64,000 bases of DNA from positions 122,106 to 186,105 of the IMG/VR virus record IMGVR_UViG_3300032267_001142; one strand, given 5' to 3'. The translations under genes and the position numbers were made by a program. This DNA is from a virus. Each line of letters begins with the position of its first letter. The stretch's first letter is position 1. Positions 9,105 to 16,352 of the stretch are shown here, piece by piece. The notes beneath the pieces are model-generated. The model did no database searches and was not told the origin of the DNA. It saw only the letters and a list, made by a program, of their open reading frames with translations.

Positions 9105-9180
9105 GGCCGCTTAGCCCAACAGCAGAGGCGACGAACTCAAAATCCGTAAAGCGAGAGTGCGAATCTCTCAGCGGCTACCA
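9105..9180 (+). tRNA. trnL: tRNA-Leu(CAA), short variable loop
   Basis: Loop CTCAAAA, 5-nt variable loop, CCA. Confidence 0.8.
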
Positions 9181-9183
9181 TTT

Positions 9184-9388
9184 GCCCCTCGGAGGGATAA
9201 GTCCGAGACGAACCAACTAGACGCCGTAGTCACGTTACAATTAAGGACGTGATGGAGGCTATAAAGGTTTGATTACCAACAAAAAGATAGGGAGAATACG
9301 TCAAATATCTCAAGCCTAGTGTTGGAATAGTGCTGCGGAATCACCAGCAAGTTGAATGCATTGTTCGCGACGATGTTACTAGACCGAA
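9184..9388 (+). ncRNA. Putative structured ncRNA (~200 nt)
   Basis: Hairpins CTCGGA/TCCGAG, CACGT/ACGTG, AGGCT/AGCCT, TGCTG/CAGCA; no credible ORF. Confidence 0.4.
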
Positions 9389-9390
9389 AT

Positions 9391-9468
9391 GCCCCATGTA
9401 AGCACCTAGACCTCCCTTGTAACGAGGCATGACGATTGCGATATCGTATGGGGCTCCATTTTTTATGC
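9391..9468 (+). tRNA. trnT: tRNA-Thr(TGT)
   Basis: GCCCCAT/ATGGGGC, loop CTTGTAA, CCA. Confidence 0.75.
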
Positions 9469-9581
9469 AGCGGCGTGGAACATTGACACGCGGTATATCC
9501 TAACGGTGATGCCGGAATAGAAACGATATCGTTTTACGACGATATTCGAGCCAGCCTTAACTGGTCTGCGTAAAGAATTTT

Positions 9582-9656
9582 GGTTTGTTGGGAAACCGTC
9601 AATCCGCCCGCCTGCAAAGCGGGAGATGCCACGTTGGATTCGTGGACAAACCTCCA
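9582..9656 (+). tRNA. trnC: tRNA-Cys(GCA)
   Basis: Loop CTGCAAA, U73-CCA, T-loop TTGGATT. Confidence 0.85.
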
Positions 9657-9694
9657 TTATGAATACATAGCAAAAACAAAACTGCAAAGAAGTA

Positions 9695-9922
9695 GTGTTC
9701 CACTTCAACAAAGGACACCTCGCGAATCCCAACATCCCCATGTGGGTCGTGAAAGCGAAAGGCCAGTCATACTACGTGTCCCACGTAGTCAGCAACGCGC
9801 CTTTCTCCACCAAAGAGACGCCAGAAAATGAGCACACAAAAGGCTCGCTAAAGTTCAAAAACGTCTCTATAGTGCTTGAGAACGGAGTAATCACAATCTC
9901 CCCAATCGAAGGAGGTGATTAA
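9695..9922 (+). CDS. Hypothetical phage protein (possible TAG-readthrough start at 9659)
   Basis: FHFNKGHL..PMWVVKAKG..WS/FSTKETP..HTKGSLK. Confidence 0.65.
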   Translation: MFHFNKGHLANPNIPMWVVKAKGQSYYVSHVVSNAPFSTKETPENEHTKGSLKFKNVSIVLENGVITISPIEGGD

Positions 9923-9975
9923 AATGCGTTAGACTTAGTAAACAATTCCCCGAGGGCCGTAAAAAGCCCTCAACT

Positions 9976-10049
9976 GCTCGGCTAGCTTAATGATAAAGCA
10001 AGCCTCTCTAAAAGGTCGTATCTCGGTTTGAGTCCGAGGTCGAGCACCA
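9976..10049 (+). tRNA. Amber suppressor tRNA (anticodon CTA)
   Basis: GCTCGGC/GTCGAGC, GCCT-CTCTAAA-AGGT, CCA; anticodon 10008-10010. Confidence 0.75.
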
Positions 10050-10053
10050 ATTT

Positions 10054-10141
10054 GGGTTAATAGACGACTAAAGAGGTCGGCCAAGCTGTAACCTTGGTTG
10101 CTTAAATGCACATTTCGGCGCAATACCGGATTAGCCCACCA
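10054..10141 (+). tRNA. trnY: tRNA-Tyr(GTA)
   Basis: Loop CTGTAAC, long variable arm, CCA. Confidence 0.85.
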
Positions 10142-10146
10142 TACAT

Positions 10147-10221
10147 GGCCTATTAGTGTAAAAGTAAGCACGACTGATTCTCAATCAGTAAACCTCGGAG
10201 CGTTACCGAGATAGGCTACCA
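10147..10221 (+). tRNA. trnE: tRNA-Glu(CTC)
   Basis: Loop TTCTCAA, CCA. Confidence 0.9.
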
Positions 10222-10226
10222 ATTTT

Positions 10227-10302
10227 GTTCCTATGGTGAAATCAGAAATCATAGAGGCTTGCGAAGCCCCTGTTCCAGATGCGAGTTCTGGTAGGAACAC
10301 CA
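10227..10302 (+). tRNA. trnR: tRNA-Arg(GCG)
   Basis: Loop TTGCGAA, CCA. Confidence 0.85.
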
Positions 10303-10307
10303 TTTAT

Positions 10308-10399
10308 GGCTAGTTAAGTGGTCGAGTGGCCACCTTCAATTGCTAATTGAAAGGCACCCTTAAACAAGGTGTAGCGGGCGGGACGTTAGCTAGCCGCCA
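10308..10399 (+). tRNA. trnS: tRNA-Ser(GCT)
   Basis: Loop TTGCTAA, long variable arm, G73-CCA. Confidence 0.85.
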
Positions 10400-10406
10400 T
10401 ATAATA

Positions 10407-10595
10407 ATGAACATCCTGAAATGGTTTAGGCGCTGTCAGTGCTGTAAAAAGCGAGGAGCGACCAGACGCCACCAAATGACTCAATACGCGGACGAAGAGC
10501 GCAACTTTGCGACGCTCTGCCCGCCTTGCCAAATCGGAAACGATAAGTATTGGGAGGATATGTGGGCCGAGTATCGTTCAAGTCAAGGTATCTGA
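10407..10595 (+). CDS. Small Cys-rich hypothetical protein
   Basis: ATG at 10407 after the tRNA; CQCC/CPPC. Confidence 0.55.
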   Translation: MNILKWFRRCQCCKKRGATRRHQMTQYADEERNFATLCPPCQIGNDKYWEDMWAEYRSSQGI

Positions 10596-10666
10596 TTTTG
10601 CAGTGCAGAAAACCCGTTAATGGAGTCACGAGATGTTCGTCGGCAATAGAACTCCTTACTGCTTAT

Positions 10667-10742
10667 GTTCGCCTAGCTCAATAGATAGAGCACTACTTTG
10701 CGAAGGTAGAGGTTCCCGATGCAAGTTCGGGGGTGAACTCCA
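10667..10742 (+). tRNA. trnR: tRNA-Arg(GCG)
   Basis: Loop TTGCGAA, U73-CCA. Confidence 0.85.
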
Positions 10743-10748
10743 TTTAAT

Positions 10749-10822
10749 CGGAGGTTGATGAAACAGTATCATATTTGGCCTACACCCAAAATTCGCAAGG
10801 GCAGCACTTGCACTTCCGACCA
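10749..10822 (+). tRNA. trnV: tRNA-Val(TAC), C33
   Basis: Loop CCTACAC, CCA. Confidence 0.8.
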
Positions 10823-10875
10823 ATTAGAGCCTTGACGCCTCTTGAAAAAAGCGTAATCTCAGGGCTGTTCTTTAC

Positions 10876-10950
10876 GCCGCCGTGGCAGAATAGATATGCG
10901 CCAGTCTCCTAAACTGGTTTATGAAAGTGCAACTCTTTCCGGCAGCACCA
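10876..10950 (+). tRNA. trnR: tRNA-Arg(CCT)
   Basis: Loop CTCCTAA, CCA. Confidence 0.85.
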
Positions 10951-11016
10951 GTTCTCTTGAAACAAGCGCCGAGAAATTGCAAAGGCACAAAGTCTTGGAG
11001 TAGGGAGAAAATTTTT

Positions 11017-11093
11017 CGAGTAGTAGTTTATCCTAGAAAAACAGCCCTTCACAAGAGGGCGAAGGTGAGGCATAGGAACTCCCCTCTCGACCA
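11017..11093 (+). pseudogene. Degenerate tRNA (anticodon ACA or CAC, ambiguous)
   Basis: GCCCT-TCACAAG-AGGGC and CCA present, but acceptor and T arm are mismatched. Confidence 0.45.
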
Positions 11094-11097
11094 TTTT

Positions 11098-11172
11098 GCC
11101 GCATAAACATAGTCAGCGATGTGCTAGTTTCGTAAACTAGATAGTAGGGTGCGTCTCCCTAATGTGGCTCCA
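11098..11172 (+). tRNA. trnT: tRNA-Thr(CGT)
   Basis: Loop TTCGTAA, CCA. Confidence 0.85.
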
Positions 11173-11283
11173 TTTTGCAAAAAGAAAACTGATGCACCTA
11201 TGGTCAAAGGGGTGTTGTGAAAATCAGGGTGCGGCTTGCCGTGCGAAACACAGGGGTAAAAGTCCCAACTAGACCATCATTTT

Positions 11284-11358
11284 GTCCCATTAGTGAAACA
11301 GATATAACAATGCGTTTCGACCGCATAATTCCGAGTGCAAATCTTGGGTGGGACACCA
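11284..11358 (+). tRNA. trnR: tRNA-Arg(TCG)
   Basis: Loop TTTCGAC, CCA. Confidence 0.85.
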
Positions 11359-11495
11359 ATCGCTACGACCATTGCAACCAAACCCAAGTCTCACCGAGGG
11401 CGCAGCCAAGCAGGTATGGTGCAAATCTCCCTGTGCTGTGAGAGACTTGGGAAGGGTGCAAGTGCAACTCCCGCCTTGGCGTCCAATTTTTAGAT

Positions 11496-11570
11496 GGTTA
11501 CGTGAGTGTGATAGCCGCACTGAATTTTGTGAAAATTCCAGAATGGGAGCGAAACCCATACGTGACCCCA
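11496..11570 (+). tRNA. trnH: tRNA-His(GTG) with G-1:C73
   Basis: Loop TTGTGAA, 8-bp acceptor. Confidence 0.9.
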
Positions 11571-11635
11571 TCTTTTCTTTCTCAAATTGGAGTTTAATCT
11601 TGCCGCCGCTTGAAAAGTGGGTATGATTATCGAAT

Positions 11636-11710
11636 CAGGTGATGATGTAGCACTCAGCATTCGATTCTGTGAAAATCGCCGGATACGTGGAACTCGTATG
11701 CACCTGACCA
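11636..11710 (+). tRNA. trnH: tRNA-His(GTG), atypical (no G-1, A73)
   Basis: Loop CTGTGAA, T-loop TGGAACT, CCA. Confidence 0.7.
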
Positions 11711-11714
11711 CTTT

Positions 11715-12269
11715 ATGAGCAACTTTAAGTTAGATAGACGGTATTGTTTTAACTGCCAGACTGATACAGAACAAATCGTGAGAGACTCGACGCACGAGCG
11801 GGACGCCTCAAATGATTATTACATCTGTCGGATGTGCCACCATCATTATTCAGGTCGCTCAGGCGAGTATGAAAAACCTTCGGCTTTCGATTTAGAATAC
11901 GAAGAGTCTCTCGCAAAGCAACTATCAACACGACCACAATACGAAAAACTCTTCAGAAGAGAGTTTAGAGCGTTAGACTCAGACTCTCAGCAATTAGCCG
12001 CAGTCACTCTTATCGACACATACAGCCATCGTGTCAACGTCCTCGCGAAGGCTTTTGAGAGTCTAGCCCTCCAGATGATTAAGTCTGGAAGCATTTCGCG
12101 TTTTCGTCGTATCGTAGGACGAGATTTCGTAATTAAACCCCTGCAAAGTTCCCCCTTTTTGAGCGAAAGAGAGCGAGCGTTAAAATCGCAACTGGCCACC
12201 CCGCCAACAGAACGGCAAGTGGAGACGAAAAGCGCATTTTTACGCTCGCTGAACGAAGAGAGTTGTTGA
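11715..12269 (+). CDS. Hypothetical protein with N-terminal zinc ribbon
   Basis: CFNC..CRMC. Confidence 0.55.
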   Translation: MSNFKLDRRYCFNCQTDTEQIVRDSTHERDASNDYYICRMCHHHYSGRSGEYEKPSAFDLEYEESLAKQLSTRPQYEKLFRREFRALDSDSQQLAAVTLIDTYSHRVNVLAKAFESLALQMIKSGSISRFRRIVGRDFVIKPLQSSPFLSERERALKSQLATPPTERQVETKSAFLRSLNEESC

Positions 12270-12302
12270 CTTTGGGTCAAAAAAGCCATATTCTTAATTC
12301 AC

Positions 12303-12373
12303 GTCCTCGGTAATAGATACTTCTGGAGCTTCTAACTCTGAGAAACGCGGCGCGATACCGTGCGGGGACACCA
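12303..12373 (+). tRNA. trnR: tRNA-Arg(TCT), short D arm
   Basis: Loop CTTCTAA, CCA; promoter TTGACT..TATTCT upstream. Confidence 0.75.
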
Positions 12374-12380
12374 CTCTAAA

Positions 12381-12782
12381 ATGAAAATCAGAACCGAAAA
12401 AGTAATCGACTGCAACGATTGGGACAAGCTGGTCAAAGAGACTTACGGCAAGCCTTACACGCTTCAACAACAGAGAGGCTGTCACGACCGAGGCTTTTTT
12501 CGCTTCACAGTTCCAGAGGAAACTGACGAAGATGACTACGCGCACGACGAGATACCGGAAGTCGTCAACGACGAAAAGATGTGCGTCAAATTCGATAAGT
12601 GGTTAGCGAGAGACCCGAAGCAGGAACTCAATGCCGAAGACGGCTCTTGCCGAAAAGAGGACTGGGCCATTGATTTGTGGTGGTCGCGCAATTTCTATCC
12701 AGCGTTTCAGGTTGTTGCTAATGATTTGCACAAACGCGGCAAAATTGAGGCGGGAGACTATACCATAGATATTAACTGGTAA
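12381..12782 (+). CDS. Conserved hypothetical phage protein
   Basis: ATG at 12381; DWDKLVKETYGKPY..WWSRNFYP..DLHKRGKIEAGDYTIDINW. Confidence 0.65.
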   Translation: MKIRTEKVIDCNDWDKLVKETYGKPYTLQQQRGCHDRGFFRFTVPEETDEDDYAHDEIPEVVNDEKMCVKFDKWLARDPKQELNAEDGSCRKEDWAIDLWWSRNFYPAFQVVANDLHKRGKIEAGDYTIDINW

Positions 12783-12973
12783 TGACAGCCGAAGAAGAGT
12801 CCTCAATTAGAAACGCTATATCTCTGCTGCGGCGCTCATTGTGTTGTGACTACAATAACGAGACTTACATTAAAGTTTCGGAGGGTTACTTGGACTACGT
12901 TTTCAGACAGCTCAGAGCGGGACAAAAAGTTCAGCCCCACAAAGAGGCGGGTTTTGCGCTGGCAGGATTTTAG
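12782..12973 (+). CDS. Hypothetical protein
   Basis: Coupled TAATG junction. Confidence 0.45.
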   Translation: MTAEEESSIRNAISLLRRSLCCDYNNETYIKVSEGYLDYVFRQLRAGQKVQPHKEAGFALAGF

Positions 12974-12996
12974 TAATTACGGTGTTGATAGCGCGT

Positions 12997-13491
12997 CTAA
13001 TTACCATGAATAGACACAACACTACGGCACAATTTTAAGAAGTCGTCTAACGCCAAATCATTTTTAGCAACGTTTGCGTTTTTGGTAGTCAAACCCATAT
13101 TAGACAAGTCACAAGCGCCGCCTTTACTTCTTGGTACTTTATGGTCTAGTGAGTAGCTATCCGCTTTTAATAAGTCAATCTTTTCGCCTGTTAGGTAGCA
13201 GGTCGGATTTTCGCCAATAAACGCTAACGCATCCTTGAAGGAGATTGCAGGTTCCGCCTGCCCTTTCAATTTTCCGCCCATACTGAAAAATTTACCATAA
13301 AATCTTTGCAGCTTCCGTCTTAAAGGATGGGCTTTAGAATCGTACTCTTTGGCTTTCCTTAACGCGTAATCTCTAGCAGTTGGGCTAAGATAATATCGAA
13401 CACAAGCAATAGAAACCGATAGATGTTTAGCGATTTTTCTGTAACCCCAAGTTGGGTTTTGTAGTTTACAGTCAAGGACTTTTTGTTTCAT
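12997..13491 (-). CDS. HTH-HNH endonuclease (paralog of 14314-14886)
   Basis: WGYRKIAKHL HTH; SLDHKVPRSKGG..SNMGLTTKNANVAKND. Confidence 0.85.
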   Translation of the reverse strand: MKQKVLDCKLQNPTWGYRKIAKHLSVSIACVRYYLSPTARDYALRKAKEYDSKAHPLRRKLQRFYGKFFSMGGKLKGQAEPAISFKDALAFIGENPTCYLTGEKIDLLKADSYSLDHKVPRSKGGACDLSNMGLTTKNANVAKNDLALDDFLKLCRSVVSIHGN

Positions 13492-13537
13492 GTGATTGTT
13501 TACACGTTGCTAAGAATTTTGGGAAATTTAGATACAT

Positions 13538-13629
13538 GGTTCTGTAATGTAAAGTAGCATCGCACGTCTTATAAACGTGGCGCACTTGATTGGTGCCGGG
13601 TCTCAGTGCAAGTCTGAGCAGAACTACCA
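13538..13629 (+). tRNA. trnI: tRNA-Ile(TAT) with long variable arm
   Basis: CACGT-CTTATAA-ACGTG, ~22-nt variable arm, CCA. Confidence 0.75.
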
Positions 13630-13632
13630 TTT

Positions 13633-13708
13633 CGCTCCTTACTCCAATGCAGAGAGCGTGGTCTCAGAAACCGCGAAAGTGTCGTTGCAAGTACGACAGG
13701 AGCGACCA
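13633..13708 (+). tRNA. trnL: tRNA-Leu(CAG), short variable loop
   Basis: Loop CTCAGAA, CCA. Confidence 0.8.
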
Positions 13709-13718
13709 GAATTTAGAT

Positions 13719-13800
13719 TCCTAGTAAGGAAACGAGTGTAACCGGCGGTCTGTTAAACCGTGAAATAACGAGCTTCGTGCGACTCGAAGACTAGGAGCCA
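13719..13800 (+). tRNA. trnN: tRNA-Asn(GTT), extended variable region
   Basis: Loop CTGTTAA, ~11-nt variable region, G73-CCA. Confidence 0.8.
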
Positions 13801-13947
13801 TTTCAACCCTATTGAGAACCAATAGGGGACGGCACCCTGACAGCAACTTAATCAGGGCGCAGTAAGCGGAAGTTTAAGTTCTAACCGCGTAGCCGTTGAA
13901 AATTTTCTTCTTGCGTTTAGCGAGAAAGACTGTAAGATATAACACAT

Positions 13948-14031
13948 ACACCCTCTCCCAAGAAGGATTGGAACTCGTCTCCAAAACGAGAGTCATCAGA
14001 CTAAGCCGAGCGTTACGGCAAGGGTGTGCCA
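13948..14031 (+). tRNA. trnW: tRNA-Trp(CCA) with variable hairpin
   Basis: Loop CTCCAAA, AGTC-ATCA-GACT arm, G73-CCA. Confidence 0.8.
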
Positions 14032-14035
14032 CTTT

Positions 14036-14109
14036 GGGCTGTTCGACTAAAATTAAGTCACGAGTCTCTTAAACTCAGGAACACGGAGAATTACCGTGAC
14101 GGCTCACCA
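14036..14109 (+). tRNA. trnK: tRNA-Lys(CTT)
   Basis: Loop CTCTTAA, T-loop AGAATTA, CCA. Confidence 0.85.
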
Positions 14110-14184
14110 GCGGGATAGACAAGTAGTTAAGTCAGGGGTTTCATAAGCCTCCATGCATGGGTGCAAATCCCATTTCCGCAACCA
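14109..14184 (+). tRNA. trnM: tRNA-fMet(CAT)-like; shares position 1 with the upstream CCA
   Basis: 1:72 mismatch, GGGGT-TTCATAA-GCCTC, end CCGCAACCA. Confidence 0.8.
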
Positions 14185-14194
14185 TTGTAAATAT

Positions 14195-14269
14195 GGGCCA
14201 TTGATGAAATAGTATCATGCAATTCTGGCAGAATTGATTTTCGGGTGCGAATCCCGAATGTGTCCACCA
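14195..14269 (+). tRNA. trnA: tRNA-Ala(GGC), bulged acceptor
   Basis: G3:U70, loop CTGGCAG, CCA. Confidence 0.8.
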
Positions 14270-14271
14270 TT

Positions 14272-14363
14272 GGAAGCTAGGCGAATATAAGTTGGTCGCG
14301 CTAGTCTTGAAAACTAGTTCACTGTAACAGGTGAGGTCGGGGCAGTACCGACAGCTTCCGCCA
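14272..14363 (+). tRNA. trnS: tRNA-Ser(TGA)
   Basis: Loop CTTGAAA, long arm, G73-CCA. Confidence 0.9.
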
Positions 14364-14886
14364 TTTTGGATACTGAGTATCCACGGTGTATCAAAACTAA
14401 CTTACAGATTTCCTCGAACTCTTCTAATGTGGAGTCTGATTTTGCGCGATTTACCGCTTTTAGCGTCAAGCCGCAATTTGAAAGAGAATTATCTCCTCCT
14501 TTCGCAATAGGTTGAATATGGTCAAGCTCATAGGTTTTCGGCTCTAGTAGATTTATCGGTAGTCCCGTAAGATAGCAGATAGGCTGAGACAAGAGCTTGT
14601 CTTTAAGTTCTTGAGCAGAGAACAGAGAAGCTGCACGATTTCGTCCGCCCGCTAATCCGGCCTTAGTGCATCGCCGCCCCGCTATACATTGGAAATTATC
14701 CTTTTTGCGTTTCAAAATTCCGTTGAAATTCGCCCGATGCTTTCTCGTTCGTGCGAAGCTTCGTTTTTTACCTTCAGGATTCAAATAGTAAGCGACAGTA
14801 CTATAAGCGCAACCTAAAAATTTCGCTATGTTTTTATACCCCCATGTTGGGTTGGAGGTTTTACAATCAAGGATTTTTTGTTTCAT
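14314..14886 (-). CDS. HTH-HNH endonuclease (paralog of 12997-13491)
   Basis: MKQKILDCKTSNPTWGYKNIAK; ELDHIQPIAKGG..SNCGLTLKAVNRAKSD. Confidence 0.85.
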   Translation of the reverse strand: MKQKILDCKTSNPTWGYKNIAKFLGCAYSTVAYYLNPEGKKRSFARTRKHRANFNGILKRKKDNFQCIAGRRCTKAGLAGGRNRAASLFSAQELKDKLLSQPICYLTGLPINLLEPKTYELDHIQPIAKGGDNSLSNCGLTLKAVNRAKSDSTLEEFEEICKLVLIHRGYSVSKMAEAVGTAPTSPVTVN

Positions 14887-14938
14887 ACATGATTTTACAC
14901 GTCGCGTCACATTTTTTCTAGTATTTGTATCGCTGCTT

Positions 14939-15027
14939 AGCAGATTACCCGAATAAGATTCGGCCTCGCCTCGAAAGCGAAGGGCACCCCAAAAGGGTGT
15001 GGGGCGCGCTACCTCAATCTGCTGCCA
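14939..15027 (+). tRNA. trnS: tRNA-Ser(CGA)
   Basis: Loop CTCGAAA, long arm, G73-CCA. Confidence 0.85.
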
Positions 15028-15030
15028 TTT

Positions 15031-15121
15031 GGTAAGTAAATCATCAAAGTGATGACCTAAGCTGGAAACTTAGTGGCACCCTTAAAAAAGGTGTGGGATG
15101 CGAGTTCTCTGCTTACCGCCA
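15031..15121 (+). tRNA. trnS: tRNA-Ser(GGA)
   Basis: Loop CTGGAAA, long arm, G73-CCA. Confidence 0.85.
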
Positions 15122-15196
15122 CGCAGCTCAAAATGAGCTGCTTTTAGCCCTGTGGTGTAATAGAAACATATCTGGTTCTGACCCAGCAGACTCAAC

Positions 15197-15430
15197 GTGC
15201 AAGTCGTTGCGGGGCTTCCAATTATGCCTAGTATCAAAGAAAAGAAAGTCGCGTTCCTACTCGAAAGAGGCGCGGCGGTCGCCTTAGACCAGTTCAATAG
15301 GACTGTGTTGAAGCAAGGTGGCGCGTTTTGTCTCGTTGACGACTATGGCCGCGTCACTTGGTATACGAATAAGACTCTGGAAGAAATGCGAGTCATAAGA
15401 AACGATGCGAGAGTCGAGATTGAATTATGA
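15197..15430 (+). CDS. Hypothetical protein
   Basis: ORF coupled (ATGA) to the next gene. Confidence 0.5.
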   Translation: MQVVAGLPIMPSIKEKKVAFLLERGAAVALDQFNRTVLKQGGAFCLVDDYGRVTWYTNKTLEEMRVIRNDARVEIEL

Positions 15431-15684
15431 AAAGCATGCTCCGCAGTGTCATAAAGGCGAACAAGCAGATAGAAGAGGCTAGAAGCATAATTGCCAAGGT
15501 TCAAGCGAAATGCTCACACCCTGACGCGACGCTCGATAAAGTTTACAAAGCGGACACTGGCAACTGGTGCGAGCAGGACAACTCGTATTGGGCAGAACTG
15601 ACGTGTAACCGATGCGGCAAATTTTGGTACGCAGACAGCGTAAAGAATCCAGAAGACTACCGCAGGGGCACAGTAAAAGTTTGA
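15427..15684 (+). CDS. Hypothetical protein (zinc ribbon)
   Basis: CSH..CNRCGKFW. Confidence 0.6.
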   Translation: MKSMLRSVIKANKQIEEARSIIAKVQAKCSHPDATLDKVYKADTGNWCEQDNSYWAELTCNRCGKFWYADSVKNPEDYRRGTVKV

Positions 15685-15714
15685 CAGCTCAGAAAGTTTC
15701 GATATCATAAAAGC

Positions 15715-16131
15715 ATGAAACCAATCTCCCGTAAGTCCTTCTTTGCTATTTTTGTCGCCCCGCTTTTGGCTCCGTTTTTACCAAAAGCCGTTGCAAAAAT
15801 CGTTAATCCAACTAGCGAGCCAACCGCTTCAAAGGTTTTCCTTACAGCGACAGAGGTAACGACAAACAAGAGAATCGGAAGCGTGAGCTTTTACAGTAAG
15901 TATCTTGCTAACGGACGAACGGAAGTCGCCGATAGAGCGCTGGCTCTCTTAGTTAGGCGGGCCGTCGATAGTGGCGCGTCGCACTATGTCGTCACATGGT
16001 CAGATGCGAACGCTCAGCGGGCATATTTCCATGAAAAATTTAACATACCGCTGAAAAACCTAGACTCTATGTTAGGAAAGTCCGAGCACTGGCTGAGCCG
16101 AGCTGAATTCGAGACACAATATCCTCTTTGA
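15715..16131 (+). CDS. Hypothetical protein with Tat-like N-terminus
   Basis: ISRKSFFAIFVAPLLAP. Confidence 0.5.
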   Translation: MKPISRKSFFAIFVAPLLAPFLPKAVAKIVNPTSEPTASKVFLTATEVTTNKRIGSVSFYSKYLANGRTEVADRALALLVRRAVDSGASHYVVTWSDANAQRAYFHEKFNIPLKNLDSMLGKSEHWLSRAEFETQYPL

Positions 16132-16273
16132 TGCTCTTTATACCTTATTCCAACGATTTTTTACTTCAGTCTCGATGCCGCCTCGGCGGAGGATGTAAAT
16201 ATGGGAAAATAATCGAGTTGGATGCTCGTTTTGAAAACGAGATAGGAATTATAGTAATTCGATAACGAATTAT

Positions 16274-16350
16274 GTCCTGTGAGGGAGCAAGTTGAACCCC
16301 ACAATCTGCAAAATTGTTGTTGCACGGCGCGATACCGTGACAGGACTCCA
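16274..16350 (+). tRNA. trnC: tRNA-Cys(GCA)
   Basis: Loop CTGCAAA, U73-CCA. Confidence 0.85.
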
Positions 16351-16352
16351 AT

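Noticed and set aside
9184-9388. tmRNA
   Set aside because: Lacks the GGGG 5' end, the tRNA-like 3' CCA domain and a tag ORF.
9506-9572. Possible tRNA-Val(TAC) relic
   Set aside because: 6-nt anticodon loop, weak acceptor and no CCA; too degenerate to call.
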